A DNA stretch of 64,000 nt. Source: Pseudotevenvirus miller (taxonomy: Duplodnaviria; Heunggongvirae; Uroviricota; Caudoviricetes; Straboviridae). Numbering within the stretch: the stretch's first letter is position 1; the number at the start of each line of letters is the position of its first letter. Below are positions 27,438 to 36,748 of the stretch, piece after piece. Under the pieces are notes generated by a model. It worked only from the letters and a program-made list of their open reading frames with translations. It searched no databases and was not told where the DNA came from. The translations under genes and the position numbers were made by a program. The DNA is taken from the IMG/VR virus record IMGVR_UViG_2706796139_000001, positions 50,895 through 114,894 of that record. The stretch is one strand, 5' to 3'.

Positions 27438-28444
27438 TTGTAGTACCCCACAACATGATCACGATATACACGTTCAATAAAGTCGTCCCAGAACTCGCGA
27501 TCAACCTCTTTCGGATAGGTTGATACTGCTGCAAGTCGTTCGACTTCGCCCATAACTTCTTCCAGTTTTTCCTGAACAAAACTGAACGGTTTCGTTCCGG
27601 CTTTGACTTCTTTTAAAAGCTGGCTCTCTTCCAGAGGATATACGATATCACCATGTTTGTAAATGCTGATAAGCTGTAAGCCCCCGCGCAATGCGTGAGA
27701 AAGCGCTTTCCAGTCGATACCGTTGTTGGCTTCTGCCTGTCTTGCTCTTTCACCGTATTCATCCCAGAGTTTATACACGGATTTTTTCATTTCCGCAACT
27801 GTGATTGTCGATTGGAACTTACGCCCCAACACTTCGTAGAAGTCCTGACAACCCGCTTTCTGTGTTGTGTCGGTAACGAATCGACAGAACTCGTTGGTCG
27901 GGAACTTGTCTGACACTTCGCCAACTTTAACGCGGAATTCAGTTAATTGCGCCGCACGTCCAGAAGGATGACTAACCCACTCTTTACGAGTATCTTCAAG
28001 CCCCTGCAACACATCATAGATTTCACGCAGTGCAGCCAGGCGAGAACCTTTAACGCCATACTTCGCGGCTTGCTTACGAACATAACCGAACAGACCAGTT
28101 AATTCTGTAGTGTAGAAACGCCAACGGTTAGCGCGGATATACTGCCAGATTTCGGAGTTAGCGATCAGCTTACTATCTTCAGCATGAAGCATATCGAGCG
28201 CTACGGTATCACCATCACACGCAAGGCTAATGAACTTAGGCAGACTATACAACTGACGGTCAATGTCGTCTACGGTGTTTTTAGAGCTTTTATCGCCCGT
28301 GCTCGTGTCGATAGTCTTAGGGGCTTTACCCAGCAGAATATCGCGTGGATGCGGGAGAAAGATCCCTTTATAGTCTTTGTCGCTTGTCGGTGTGTTCAGT
28401 CCATACAGGTGAGAACCGAACACAGTTTCCATTACAATTTTCAT
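27434..28444 (-). CDS. pol-beta superfamily nucleotidyltransferase (YcgL/RlaP-like predicted NTase)
   Basis: ETVFGSHLYGLNTPTSDKDYKGIF matches the minimal NTase signature GS-x10-DxD. A third acidic cluster DGDTVALD follows, then a helical C-terminal domain. 336 aa. Confidence 0.65.
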   Translation of the reverse strand: MKIVMETVFGSHLYGLNTPTSDKDYKGIFLPHPRDILLGKAPKTIDTSTGDKSSKNTVDDIDRQLYSLPKFISLACDGDTVALDMLHAEDSKLIANSEIWQYIRANRWRFYTTELTGLFGYVRKQAAKYGVKGSRLAALREIYDVLQGLEDTRKEWVSHPSGRAAQLTEFRVKVGEVSDKFPTNEFCRFVTDTTQKAGCQDFYEVLGRKFQSTITVAEMKKSVYKLWDEYGERARQAEANNGIDWKALSHALRGGLQLISIYKHGDIVYPLEESQLLKEVKAGTKPFSFVQEKLEEVMGEVERLAAVSTYPKEVDREFWDDFIERVYRDHVVGYYK

Positions 28445-28869
28445 TCTTCACTCTCCGATGTATCAATACCTAACATCTTTGCAATATCTTTCAGTTGAAA
28501 AGTCGCGATTTCGGGAACACGAACACTATGAGAACCGAACTCTTTTCGAATTTTCTCAGACAGCATAACACGATATTGAATTTCATCATATACTGTTTTG
28601 CTGCGATACATGTAGAATCCACCCCATCCACCGCCAGTACCAGAAGTTAACCCGCACTTACGATCGACTTTCTCAACGTTCCAATCTTTTAAATCAGCAT
28701 TCTTATTCGGGGATGCGTACAAGTATTGACGAGCAACCTTGATTACATGGAACACGCGAGGATTCGCAGTTTTTCGATTGTTGTATTGACTTACGCCAGG
28801 ATCGTACAGGGTATCACCCACTTTCACATCAGACAAATCTCTTAAATCAGTCATTTCATTTTCCAACAC
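28441..28869 (-). CDS. hypothetical protein (142 aa)
   Basis: ORF immediately upstream of the NTase gene. Confidence 0.45.
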   Translation of the reverse strand: MLENEMTDLRDLSDVKVGDTLYDPGVSQYNNRKTANPRVFHVIKVARQYLYASPNKNADLKDWNVEKVDRKCGLTSGTGGGWGGFYMYRSKTVYDEIQYRVMLSEKIRKEFGSHSVRVPEIATFQLKDIAKMLGIDTSESEE

Positions 28870-29102
28870 TTTTTCTTTTCACAATAAAACACAGGGAGTT
28901 TAGACAATACCGGAGTAGTGACATTCTCACCAGTTTTCGTATTATGCACCAGTTCGATAGTAAGTGATTTACCCATCGCAGATTTCACAATATCCAGTTC
29001 CAGGATCTCACGATTACCCTTTGTGTTGATTTCCGCAACGTAGTAATCATTCCCGTTGATGTTAATAACATCACCCATCAAAACGCTTCTGGCATGTTTC
29101 AT
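28851..29102 (-). CDS. hypothetical protein (83 aa)
   Basis: ORF. Confidence 0.4.
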   Translation of the reverse strand: MKHARSVLMGDVININGNDYYVAEINTKGNREILELDIVKSAMGKSLTIELVHNTKTGENVTTPVLSKLPVFYCEKKKCWKMK

Positions 29103-29680
29103 TTAAACGTCACCTTCGTATACAGTGCAGACATCAGAGAACGGTCAACACCGTCAATAATAGCCATACCCTGATAAGAATCTTTATCTTTGCGGGAGTA
29201 CATACGACACACTAAAGAACCATCTTTCGCGATGTATTCAACCTGGTATGTACGACGTTCTGTTTTCAGAATATCACCAACAGAAACCGGACGTTCTACC
29301 TTTTCGCGAGTATTGAGCGCGAACGATAATACATGATCCCCATCAACAACGACCGTTGTATCTTTTGCAGAGACTTCGCGGCTATCAATGCTATGGATAT
29401 TCACAGAATACACACTATCGGAAATTAACATGTGTTCATCACCAGAACCGATTTTAGCGATGATAGTCGATCCCTTAGTACGTGTGTCAGAAGCAAACAC
29501 ATACACAGTAATCGGTGCGCCGCCTTGAGTGTCTTTCGCAACAGATTGAACAGTGAACGGTTCTTTGAGTCCGCGAGATTTCGAGTGATTGATATAGACG
29601 CTATCACCTGGGATCAGAGCGCGACGGACAACTTTCGATTCTTCTGTTTTGATAAATGCAGTTTTGTTCATTTTGTTCAT
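29099..29680 (-). CDS. hypothetical protein (193 aa)
   Basis: ORF. Confidence 0.45.
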   Translation of the reverse strand: MNKMNKTAFIKTEESKVVRRALIPGDSVYINHSKSRGLKEPFTVQSVAKDTQGGAPITVYVFASDTRTKGSTIIAKIGSGDEHMLISDSVYSVNIHSIDSREVSAKDTTVVVDGDHVLSFALNTREKVERPVSVGDILKTERRTYQVEYIAKDGSLVCRMYSRKDKDSYQGMAIIDGVDRSLMSALYTKVTFK

Positions 29681-29946
29681 AATGATTTCCTCTCAAATTC
29701 TTCATCAGATTTCCAATACACGTTAAAGTTACGGCAATCATGATCAGAAGTCAACGTATATTTTTCACTTGTTTTTTCATCGGTGATAACCATCGTTTCG
29801 TTTTCGATAGAGTCAACACCATACACAAACACTTTATCACCGCGCTTATTCAGGAACGCGTCACCTTTTTCAATCAACTGCCAACAGTTAACAGGTAAGC
29901 CACCCGCACAAATCGGACGACTTACCAAACAGTAAGGATGTTTCAT
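29677..29946 (-). CDS. hypothetical protein (89 aa), CxxG Cys-containing
   Basis: ORF. Confidence 0.4.
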   Translation of the reverse strand: MKHPYCLVSRPICAGGLPVNCWQLIEKGDAFLNKRGDKVFVYGVDSIENETMVITDEKTSEKYTLTSDHDCRNFNVYWKSDEEFERKSL

Positions 29947-30131
29947 TAATCAGCCAGCCTTATATTGTTTGGATCAGGAACGAATGTATCTTTCTGGGTA
30001 ATCATGAACACCAGGAAAGCAGCGACTTCGGGATCTTCAATCACATTGAATTTGCGATTACCTTTCCAACGTACCGCGATTTTACCATCATCGAGTTTTT
30101 TGATTTCGGCTACTTCTGATTTCTTGCTCAT
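29946..30131 (-). CDS. hypothetical protein (about 61 aa)
   Basis: Starts MSKKSEVAEIKK after the PeSL leader. The listed 92 aa ORF reads through the promoter cassette. Confidence 0.4.
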   Translation of the reverse strand: MSKKSEVAEIKKLDDGKIAVRWKGNRKFNVIEDPEVAAFLVFMITQKDTFVPDPNNIRLAD

Positions 30132-30200
30132 AATTACCTCCTTCGTTTCGATGTCCCTAATATAGCAAAAGCCCTCACGCGAACGCAAGGGCTTTTTAAT
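30120..30200 (-). promoter_or_regulatory. PeSL-like cassette (minus strand)
   Basis: Reverse complement: aaaaagcccTTGCGTtcgcgtgagggcttttgcTATATTagggacatcgaaacgaaggaggtaattATG. Confidence 0.55.
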
Positions 30201-30299
30201 CTTTTTTATCGGCAGAACGGACAACTAAACTTATCGCCGCTTCCACCATGACGAGGACAGCAAATTTTTTCGATTGGTGTCATTGTTAAAATTTTCATC

Positions 30300-31358
30300 T
30301 TAAATTCCCGTAAACGCTACGATAATCTGATAGTGGTCATCGAAGAACTCACCACGTTTCTGTTTGACTTCGTGCATTGGCATCCAGAAAGCCTCTGCTG
30401 CATCGTCAGCGCCTCCCATGATGCGGGGCAGACTTCCATCATTGTTAGGTTCTAACTTGATGTACTGCGCCACAGTCGGTTTTGAGAAGTGTACAGAACG
30501 CTTCGGATGGTCGAACAACATCGAATTGCGGATTGAACCACGAATAACCTTTTCAGGAACCTTGATCCGAACCTCTTCGAGCAATTCACGGATCGCACAA
30601 TCCAGGAATGATTCATTTGCGTTTTTGTGTCCACCTGGCAGGGCCAACGCGCCTTTACCTGGTGCAAACTTACGACGAATTACCAGAAGGTGATTGTTAC
30701 ACACAACCACGCTATCACCCGTACAGCAGTTTAACGCGTCTGGGTATGGGTAGTTTTTGAACTTCTCCAGTTCGTCTTCCCATTTTTCGAACTCGTAATA
30801 CAAACGCCAGAATGTATCGGTCATCATCCATGAATCAATATAATTCACCGTAGATTGCGGTGCGTATTGTGCGATTTTTTCATCCCATCCGTTTTTATGC
30901 AAAAAGATGGTCGGACGCAGATCGGTAGCAGACAAATCTTTACCATCAACTTTAACCGGATCTACAGGAACATGAGTCCATCCGAACGCTTTAAGCCAGT
31001 ACGAATCAGCATCCTTTTCGTAACCATAGATCGCGATGTTATCGCCTTTGGTTTCGTCGATTGCTGTACGAACAGAGGTTTTCCATTTTTCTTCATTGTA
31101 AAGGTAATCTGGAATAGGTTTGAATTGCACACGGGATACATCTTCGTATTTGAACTCAGACAGTAACCAGCTAGTGATCATGCGTTCCCGTTCGGTTGCC
31201 GTCAGCGGGTTTAAAACGTTAGGGTAAGCGTAAGCTGAACCCAGAAGGATGTAAACGGTCTTCGACTCTTCAAGTGCTTTACGCACCATCGCTGCATGAC
31301 CATTATGGAAGGGTTGGAATCTGCCAATTACGACAGCTTTATCAAATTTGAATTTCAT
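30300..31358 (-). CDS. natV: bifunctional NMN adenylyltransferase / Nudix ADP-ribose pyrophosphatase (NatV/NadM-like)
   Basis: N-terminal GRFQPFHNGH is the (H/T)xGH nucleotidyltransferase motif. The C-terminal Nudix box is GGHKNANESFLDCAIRELLEEV. Likely start at MKFKFDKAVV. Confidence 0.85.
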   Translation of the reverse strand: MKFKFDKAVVIGRFQPFHNGHAAMVRKALEESKTVYILLGSAYAYPNVLNPLTATERERMITSWLLSEFKYEDVSRVQFKPIPDYLYNEEKWKTSVRTAIDETKGDNIAIYGYEKDADSYWLKAFGWTHVPVDPVKVDGKDLSATDLRPTIFLHKNGWDEKIAQYAPQSTVNYIDSWMMTDTFWRLYYEFEKWEDELEKFKNYPYPDALNCCTGDSVVVCNNHLLVIRRKFAPGKGALALPGGHKNANESFLDCAIRELLEEVRIKVPEKVIRGSIRNSMLFDHPKRSVHFSKPTVAQYIKLEPNNDGSLPRIMGGADDAAEAFWMPMHEVKQKRGEFFDDHYQIIVAFTGI

Positions 31359-31386
31359 AACGTGCTCCACGTTTAAAGGGTAATCA

Positions 31387-31482
31387 TAAAACAGACGCAA
31401 TAATCAATACACCAAGCAAACCGCCAATAAAGCCGAAGAATGACGAAATGAAGATAGTTAGTATAGCCTGTTTTATGTTCAT
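31387..31482 (-). CDS. 32 aa hydrophobic peptide (MNIKQAILTIFISSFFGFIGGLLGVLIIASVL)
   Basis: Unlisted small ORF between the SPFH and natV genes. Single TM helix with a weak RBS. Speculative. Confidence 0.3.
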
Positions 31483-31535
31483 TATAGTATTCTCGTTTTA
31501 AGAATCAAGCCCCCAGGAGAGGGGGCTTTAAACCC

Positions 31536-32462
31536 TTATTTACGAGAATCGAAAATCACTTTGCCAGCGTAATCCGAACCCATGACAGTCTGAGGTACAC
31601 CACCTTTATAGCGGGTAGAGTAGTTCATCTGTACATCCAGTTCTTTCCAGCGGATCATTTCTGGGGTAATTGTGCGTTGCAGTACGGCGTTAGCCTCTGC
31701 TTCTTTCTTCGCCGCGTACAGTTTAGCATCAGCATCACGTTCGTTGGCGATTGCTTCGTTTTCACGCGCCTGACGATTTGCTTCCGCTTGTTTTACTGCT
31801 TGCTGTGAAGTCTGTTCGACTTTTGCCAGTTCCGCACGAGCGGCGTTAACCTGTTCTTCGCGGATCTTCGTGTTCGTTACCTGTTCCATGATAACATCAG
31901 GCAGGGTAATATCCTGCAAGAATACCTGTTTCACGGTGTAACCGTAAGGACGTGCATACTCTTCAACTTCCTGTTGAATCGCGGTCTGCAACTGGTTCTG
32001 GATCTTAGCATCGAACAGATCCTGTGCTTTCGGAACTGATTTACCGAACTCACGAACGGTAGACAGCAGTTTTTCGGTTACATATTTATCCAGCGCTTGT
32101 TCCTGATCTCCCGCGTTAATACGGTTGATCGGCGCTTTGTTACCGTCAAATTGCAGCATAACAGTCATATCCACGGTGGATTTAAACTTATCCTGTGAAG
32201 GAACCTGCAATTTATCGAATTTCTTCGCGATGTCTTTCGTGCTGAAAGTATCGAAATCAGCCAGCGGGTTTACGATATGGAAACCAGGCATTACAGGTTT
32301 CGGAGAAACCTTACCCATGAAGGTCTGGGTTTTGACCGTACCGTCCTGTACTACTGTAAAGGAGTTCGGGATCAGCCACAGTGCGGCTACTACGCCCAGA
32401 GCGATCAGAGTGGTTTTCTTCGGGTTGTTCAGGATAGCATTCATATTCATAGTATTTCTCAT
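31536..32462 (-). CDS. SPFH / band-7 (prohibitin/HflKC/stomatin-like) domain protein
   Basis: N-terminal TM anchor (LIALGVVAALWLI), an SPFH core, and a C-terminal Ala/Glu-rich coiled coil (ARAELAKVEQTSQQAVKQAEANRQARENEAIANE). 308 aa. Confidence 0.8.
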   Translation of the reverse strand: MRNTMNMNAILNNPKKTTLIALGVVAALWLIPNSFTVVQDGTVKTQTFMGKVSPKPVMPGFHIVNPLADFDTFSTKDIAKKFDKLQVPSQDKFKSTVDMTVMLQFDGNKAPINRINAGDQEQALDKYVTEKLLSTVREFGKSVPKAQDLFDAKIQNQLQTAIQQEVEEYARPYGYTVKQVFLQDITLPDVIMEQVTNTKIREEQVNAARAELAKVEQTSQQAVKQAEANRQARENEAIANERDADAKLYAAKKEAEANAVLQRTITPEMIRWKELDVQMNYSTRYKGGVPQTVMGSDYAGKVIFDSRK

Positions 32463-32524
32463 TTAAGGTTATGTTTCAATTCGATAGTTATTCTATCATC
32501 ACTTTTTCGCTTGTCAAACTCTTT

Positions 32525-32908
32525 TTAAGAAAGTTTTGTCAGCTTGTAAATCGTTTGATAGCACAAGCCTTTGATCTCGTCCAGGATGTTCTTCAATGAA
32601 CTGTCTACTGAATCATAGATTTCTTCGGCTTCGGTGACTATTTTACGGAGATACGCTACCGTGTCAAGCATATTTTCAACTTTTAATACGGGTTTATAAC
32701 GTCCTGTAATGCCTATATGGATCTCGGTGAATTTATCAACTAAATCCTGCATATCTTCGTAAAAACCCTCGTATGCCTTGTGTTGCGAATATGAACCAGT
32801 AGCAAAATGTGCGCTGTGCATATACGTAACGGACATCAGGCATCTGCCAATAAAGGCATCTATTTTACTTGCATTATCGCGATCGACAACTTCGTTAAAC
32901 GTTTGCAT
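32525..32908 (-). CDS. hypothetical protein (127 aa)
   Basis: ORF downstream of the rI-like gene. Confidence 0.45.
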   Translation of the reverse strand: MQTFNEVVDRDNASKIDAFIGRCLMSVTYMHSAHFATGSYSQHKAYEGFYEDMQDLVDKFTEIHIGITGRYKPVLKVENMLDTVAYLRKIVTEAEEIYDSVDSSLKNILDEIKGLCYQTIYKLTKLS

Positions 32909-32918
32909 CTTTCATCCC

Positions 32919-33203
32919 TTATGAACGGTGAATAGAAGCAAATTCAGTTGCTACCCTAAGCCCTAAACGTTTGCATTCAGGTTCGGATTTACACTGTTTC
33001 TGCTGCCATTTTCGTTCCATATAATTATAGAAAAGTTCACTGGTATTTACGCTGGGAGGGATGGTGTCTAGATACACCTGTAGCGCTGCATTGATGTAGT
33101 AGTCGAATTCTTTCGCGACAACAGAACGGTCGTCGGCTTGCGATGCTGGAGACAAGATTAACAAACCAAACATCAGCGCTTTTGATATGCGTTTAATGTT
33201 CAT
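32919..33203 (-). CDS. rI: antiholin RI-like (lysis inhibition), secreted
   Basis: Signal/SAR-like N-terminus. The C-terminal FYNYMERKWQQKQCKSEPECKRLG pattern resembles T4 RI (FYSFMRTTYKNDPCSSDFECIERG). An exact TATAAATA late promoter lies upstream at about 33238. Adjacent to tk as in T4. Confidence 0.6.
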   Translation of the reverse strand: MNIKRISKALMFGLLILSPASQADDRSVVAKEFDYYINAALQVYLDTIPPSVNTSELFYNYMERKWQQKQCKSEPECKRLGLRVATEFASIHRS

Positions 33204-33262
33204 AGCAATTCTCTAAGTGCTTACGGATCAACAATAGATCCATTCCTGTATATATTTATAGC

Positions 33263-33285
33263 AAAAAAGGGGCTAAAAGCCCCTT
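33263..33285 (-). terminator. rho-independent terminator (minus strand)
   Basis: Reverse complement aaggggcTTTTagcccctttttt, downstream of 33309..33701. Confidence 0.5.
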
Positions 33286-33308
33286 ATGTCAAATTAGTCT
33301 AAAAATAC

Positions 33309-33701
33309 TTACGTTATGTCATACCAGCATAAACCGCGTTCATAAGCGCGGATCTTGTTGGCGTTTTCGACATTTTCATCCCAACCAATCACACCAGCTT
33401 TCATCCGGCGCAATTCCTGACGCATTTTAGAACGTACTTTTGATTCAATACGTTTCTTTGCGATGTTGAGCATAGCGGAAATATCACCATGCGCCTTGTT
33501 ACCGTCACGATTCAAATTATTATCGAACCGGATATAATCACAACCTGATTTGTGTTTCCAGTTGGTTGAATACCAACGAAGACCATCAGGATCGCGACCG
33601 TTTTGCGCGTAATACTCAGAATACGCTTTTGTCTCTTCAATCTGTTCAATGGAAGAAAGGCCACGGACAGGAACATATTTGTTACGGTAAGTACGGCTCA
33701 T
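33309..33701 (-). CDS. hypothetical protein (130 aa), basic
   Basis: ORF between tk and rI (rI.1-like position). Confidence 0.45.
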   Translation of the reverse strand: MSRTYRNKYVPVRGLSSIEQIEETKAYSEYYAQNGRDPDGLRWYSTNWKHKSGCDYIRFDNNLNRDGNKAHGDISAMLNIAKKRIESKVRSKMRQELRRMKAGVIGWDENVENANKIRAYERGLCWYDIT

Positions 33702-33730
33702 AGATATCTCCTTTGTTGTCTGATTACACC

Positions 33731-34315
33731 TTAACAGTCTACGCCAACTTTATCAAGCACTTTTTCATGATAATGCTTACGACACAGCGAAACGTATTTG
33801 TCTTCGGCTCCGATTTCGACTTGCTCCCCTTCGGTTACGAAATTGCCTTGTGCGTCGATACGTGCGACCGTAGTTGCTTTACGCCCACAATGACACATTC
33901 CCCGAAGTTCTCGGATCTCGTCAGCCCAGGCAAGCAACCAGTAAGAACCCTCGAACAGATTCAACTGAAAGTCTGTGCGCAACCCGTAGCACATAACAGG
34001 AATTTCGAGTTCATCGACAACACGACAGAGGTCGAAAACGTTTCTCTTTGAAAGAAACTGTGCTTCATCAACAAAGATGCACGAAATGTTATTCCGGCGC
34101 TGGATATCCCAAAACAGATCCATATTAGGTGCAATCAATTCGCATGTTGCGCTTAACCCGACACGAGAAGCAACAGTGTGTGATGTGCGAGTATCAAGCA
34201 TAGGCTTGTAGATCACAACGTTCATACCGCGTTCTTTGTAGTTGTATGCGTCTGTAAGTAGTCGCGCACTTTTACCAGCGTTCATTGATGCGTAGTGATA
34301 ATACAGTTTAGCCAT
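33731..34315 (-). CDS. tk: thymidine kinase
   Basis: MAKLYYHYASMNAGKS Walker A. The C-terminal zinc ribbon CHCGRKATTVARID...VSLCRKHY is close to E. coli Tdk. Confidence 0.9.
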   Translation of the reverse strand: MAKLYYHYASMNAGKSARLLTDAYNYKERGMNVVIYKPMLDTRTSHTVASRVGLSATCELIAPNMDLFWDIQRRNNISCIFVDEAQFLSKRNVFDLCRVVDELEIPVMCYGLRTDFQLNLFEGSYWLLAWADEIRELRGMCHCGRKATTVARIDAQGNFVTEGEQVEIGAEDKYVSLCRKHYHEKVLDKVGVDC

Positions 34316-34520
34316 GTTTAGAACGTTCCTCTGCAATAGCATCTTCTACCGCGTCTTCAACTTCCTTTTCAACGAACGCGATAATGTCATCAACCATGTT
34401 ATTGATATATGTCATGTTCAGGTTGCGTGAATCTGGATCGTCTTCTGCTGCATAGTCCTGGTAAAGTTCTCCCAGTTCTTTCAGCTTATGTTTTAACACT
34501 TTTTCTTCTTGATGTCTCAT
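34308..34520 (-). CDS. hypothetical acidic protein (70 aa)
   Basis: ORF. Confidence 0.4.
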   Translation of the reverse strand: MRHQEEKVLKHKLKELGELYQDYAAEDDPDSRNLNMTYINNMVDDIIAFVEKEVEDAVEDAIAEERSKHG

Positions 34521-35005
34521 AATTCCACCTTGCGCATATCAACCGAAGGATCGAAGTGTACCACGATGATCGGATAGTCACCTGTACATTCATCAATGAT
34601 GCGTTTAATGTGTTCCCAATCTCCCCCAGCAAGTCCCGCGCCGATAAGAGGGGTAACTATAGGAAATTGTTTAGGACACGCCCTAGCGCTTTCCACTGCA
34701 CTTTCAAAGCAAGTTTTAATCGCATCGTAATCAACTTGCGGACCAGCACCCCAGAATTTAAACTGGGTATAGGCATTGAATACCATACGACCATCCTCTT
34801 GAACATAAACAGAGTTACGGCCCAACTTGTTCTGATTGCCTTTCATCGTCATTGCATCAGCTTTGAACGCATTAGGAATTTTATGTTTTACTTCTTTTGC
34901 GATACCCGCACCCATGTTACAGAAGCAGTTGCACCCGTGGATCAGGTGTACGTCACGACGAAGGAACAATTCAACCGCGTTCCCTTTAATCTCTTTGATA
35001 ATCAT
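34517..35005 (-). CDS. macro domain protein (ADP-ribose binding/processing, YmdB-like)
   Basis: HGCNCFCNMGAGIAKE ... TPLIGAGLAGGDWE motifs, 162 aa. Confidence 0.8.
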   Translation of the reverse strand: MIIKEIKGNAVELFLRRDVHLIHGCNCFCNMGAGIAKEVKHKIPNAFKADAMTMKGNQNKLGRNSVYVQEDGRMVFNAYTQFKFWGAGPQVDYDAIKTCFESAVESARACPKQFPIVTPLIGAGLAGGDWEHIKRIIDECTGDYPIIVVHFDPSVDMRKVEL

Positions 35006-35239
35006 TCTTTATTACCCATTTTATAGCCGATCCCTATGACCAGCCCCATCAAAATAACCGCGCCTATCAAAAGCGCGAATTGTAGACCTATGCTCATTTA
35101 AATTGATCATCCCATAGTTGCCATGCTTCCAGTTCATCATTGTATTCAGGAAGTGAACGTTCCCCTGGTTTCTTGACGTAGTACCAGATAATGATAGCAA
35201 CAGCGATAACAGTACCGTAAAAGATAATTAATCCCAACA

Positions 35240-35569
35240 TCAGTATAATCCTATTCCGGCGTTATATTCATCCACCAGATAAGTACGCAGTTTTTCACAA
35301 CGTTCCTTGTTTGGTGCGCGGGTACAGAGGTTCATCATTGGTTCAGACTGCAAAAACTCACGCTGTTTAGCCAGCTTTTGACGTTTGACTAAGTGCGCGT
35401 TTTCTTCTCCCCAGACATAAGCAGCGTCCAGTTGTTCCGCGATCACCTGGTAACATACCGAAGTATCTTTAATGTCGCGATGGTCGCAAAGTTCAGAAAG
35501 GCGGTTGTCTGAAATATCCGCATACGCGAAACCAGAAACTAAAGTCAACAGCAGCGCAAGTTTTTTCAT
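35240..35569 (-). CDS. secreted periplasmic Cys-containing protein (109 aa)
   Basis: Signal peptide MKKLALLLTLVSGFAYA plus 4 Cys. Confidence 0.45.
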   Translation of the reverse strand: MKKLALLLTLVSGFAYADISDNRLSELCDHRDIKDTSVCYQVIAEQLDAAYVWGEENAHLVKRQKLAKQREFLQSEPMMNLCTRAPNKERCEKLRTYLVDEYNAGIGLY

Positions 35570-35571
35570 GA

Positions 35572-35973
35572 TTACTCTCCCAACACGTAAACAAAGCGGT
35601 CTTCGATTGCATCGTTAACACATTCGTAAATTCCCCCAGCACGTACCGCTTTACGAATGCCAGATTTTACGATGTTCATGATCTCTATGTGGCTACCCCA
35701 TACATTCAGATTGAAGTATAGGTCACATTCGATCGGATAGTCGTCTACATCGCGATACACATCATCGCTTTCATACACAAACAGTTTGCGCTTTTCTTCA
35801 CCGTATTCGAAATAAATGTTAAATGCTTTCATACTGTCTTTATCAACAGTGATTTGGAGAATTTTAACATTAGGTTGATTTTTGAGTTCGGATAGAACTG
35901 ATTGGATAACACTCAATGCGTTTCGTTTAATGAGTCCGCATTTTCCGACAATAACTCGATGTGATGTACTCAT
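35572..35973 (-). CDS. hypothetical protein (133 aa)
   Basis: ORF. Confidence 0.45.
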   Translation of the reverse strand: MSTSHRVIVGKCGLIKRNALSVIQSVLSELKNQPNVKILQITVDKDSMKAFNIYFEYGEEKRKLFVYESDDVYRDVDDYPIECDLYFNLNVWGSHIEIMNIVKSGIRKAVRAGGIYECVNDAIEDRFVYVLGE

Positions 35974-36006
35974 GATTTAATCCTCAATAGTTGGTATACC
36001 CATAAT

Positions 36007-36040
36007 AAAAAAGCCCCTGCAAAAATGCAAGGGCTTTTGA
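36007..36040 (-). terminator. rho-independent terminator (minus strand)
   Basis: aaaaaagcccctgcaaaaatgcaagggctttt hairpin downstream of 36041..36688. Confidence 0.5.
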
Positions 36041-36688
36041 TCAAATAATTTGCTTTTCTTCTAACAGTTTCGCGGTATGGTTAACCATGCGAGCATACTC
36101 ACGGGCTTCTTTCTTAGTATACTTGAAGCCAGCATTGTAACTCGCGAGCGCCTTTTTCAAGTCGCCTTTGTGGTAATCAAGCCAGTATTCCAGTTCATGA
36201 ATGGCAAACTTAGAACCTCCCCGAAGGGATTCGAGCTTATTGATTACTACGCGTTTGGAATATGATTTATCCATCCGTGCGGAAGCACTGTTTACAGTGA
36301 CTTGCCAACAGCCATAAGCATGATGACCTTTTTTGCCCTTTCCGGTGTTCTCACATGCGCGAGACTCGATCCAGGCAATAGCCGCTAAATGATATCCCAA
36401 ACGTTTCGATTTTTCCGTTTCAACAGGCTTTGCAGTTTTTAGATCATAGTCGTTTCCAACTCTGAAAGCATACTCCAAAACCTTTTTCTGCTTTGGTGTA
36501 ATTTCATCCAATTCCTTGACATATGCAGGGGCATTGGCTGGCGCTTTCTTGATCACTGTTGCTTGTTGTAGCGGTAGTGTTGACTTTACAGCAGGAAGTT
36601 CTTCAATAAATTTTCCAAGCGGATCAGTCGTTGCGTGACCAGAAAAAGAGCATAAGAAAATGCTGGTCGCTAAAATAATTTTCTTCAT
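36041..36688 (-). CDS. secreted lytic transglycosylase (SLT/lysozyme-like domain)
   Basis: Signal peptide MKKIILATSIFLCSFSGHA. The catalytic Glu motif is HLAAIAWIESRACENTG. 215 aa. Confidence 0.55.
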   Translation of the reverse strand: MKKIILATSIFLCSFSGHATTDPLGKFIEELPAVKSTLPLQQATVIKKAPANAPAYVKELDEITPKQKKVLEYAFRVGNDYDLKTAKPVETEKSKRLGYHLAAIAWIESRACENTGKGKKGHHAYGCWQVTVNSASARMDKSYSKRVVINKLESLRGGSKFAIHELEYWLDYHKGDLKKALASYNAGFKYTKKEAREYARMVNHTAKLLEEKQII

Positions 36689-36748
36689 TGTTTAATACCT
36701 TTTGTAACAAGAGAGGGCAATGATACCCTCACCTTATTATTTATGCAA

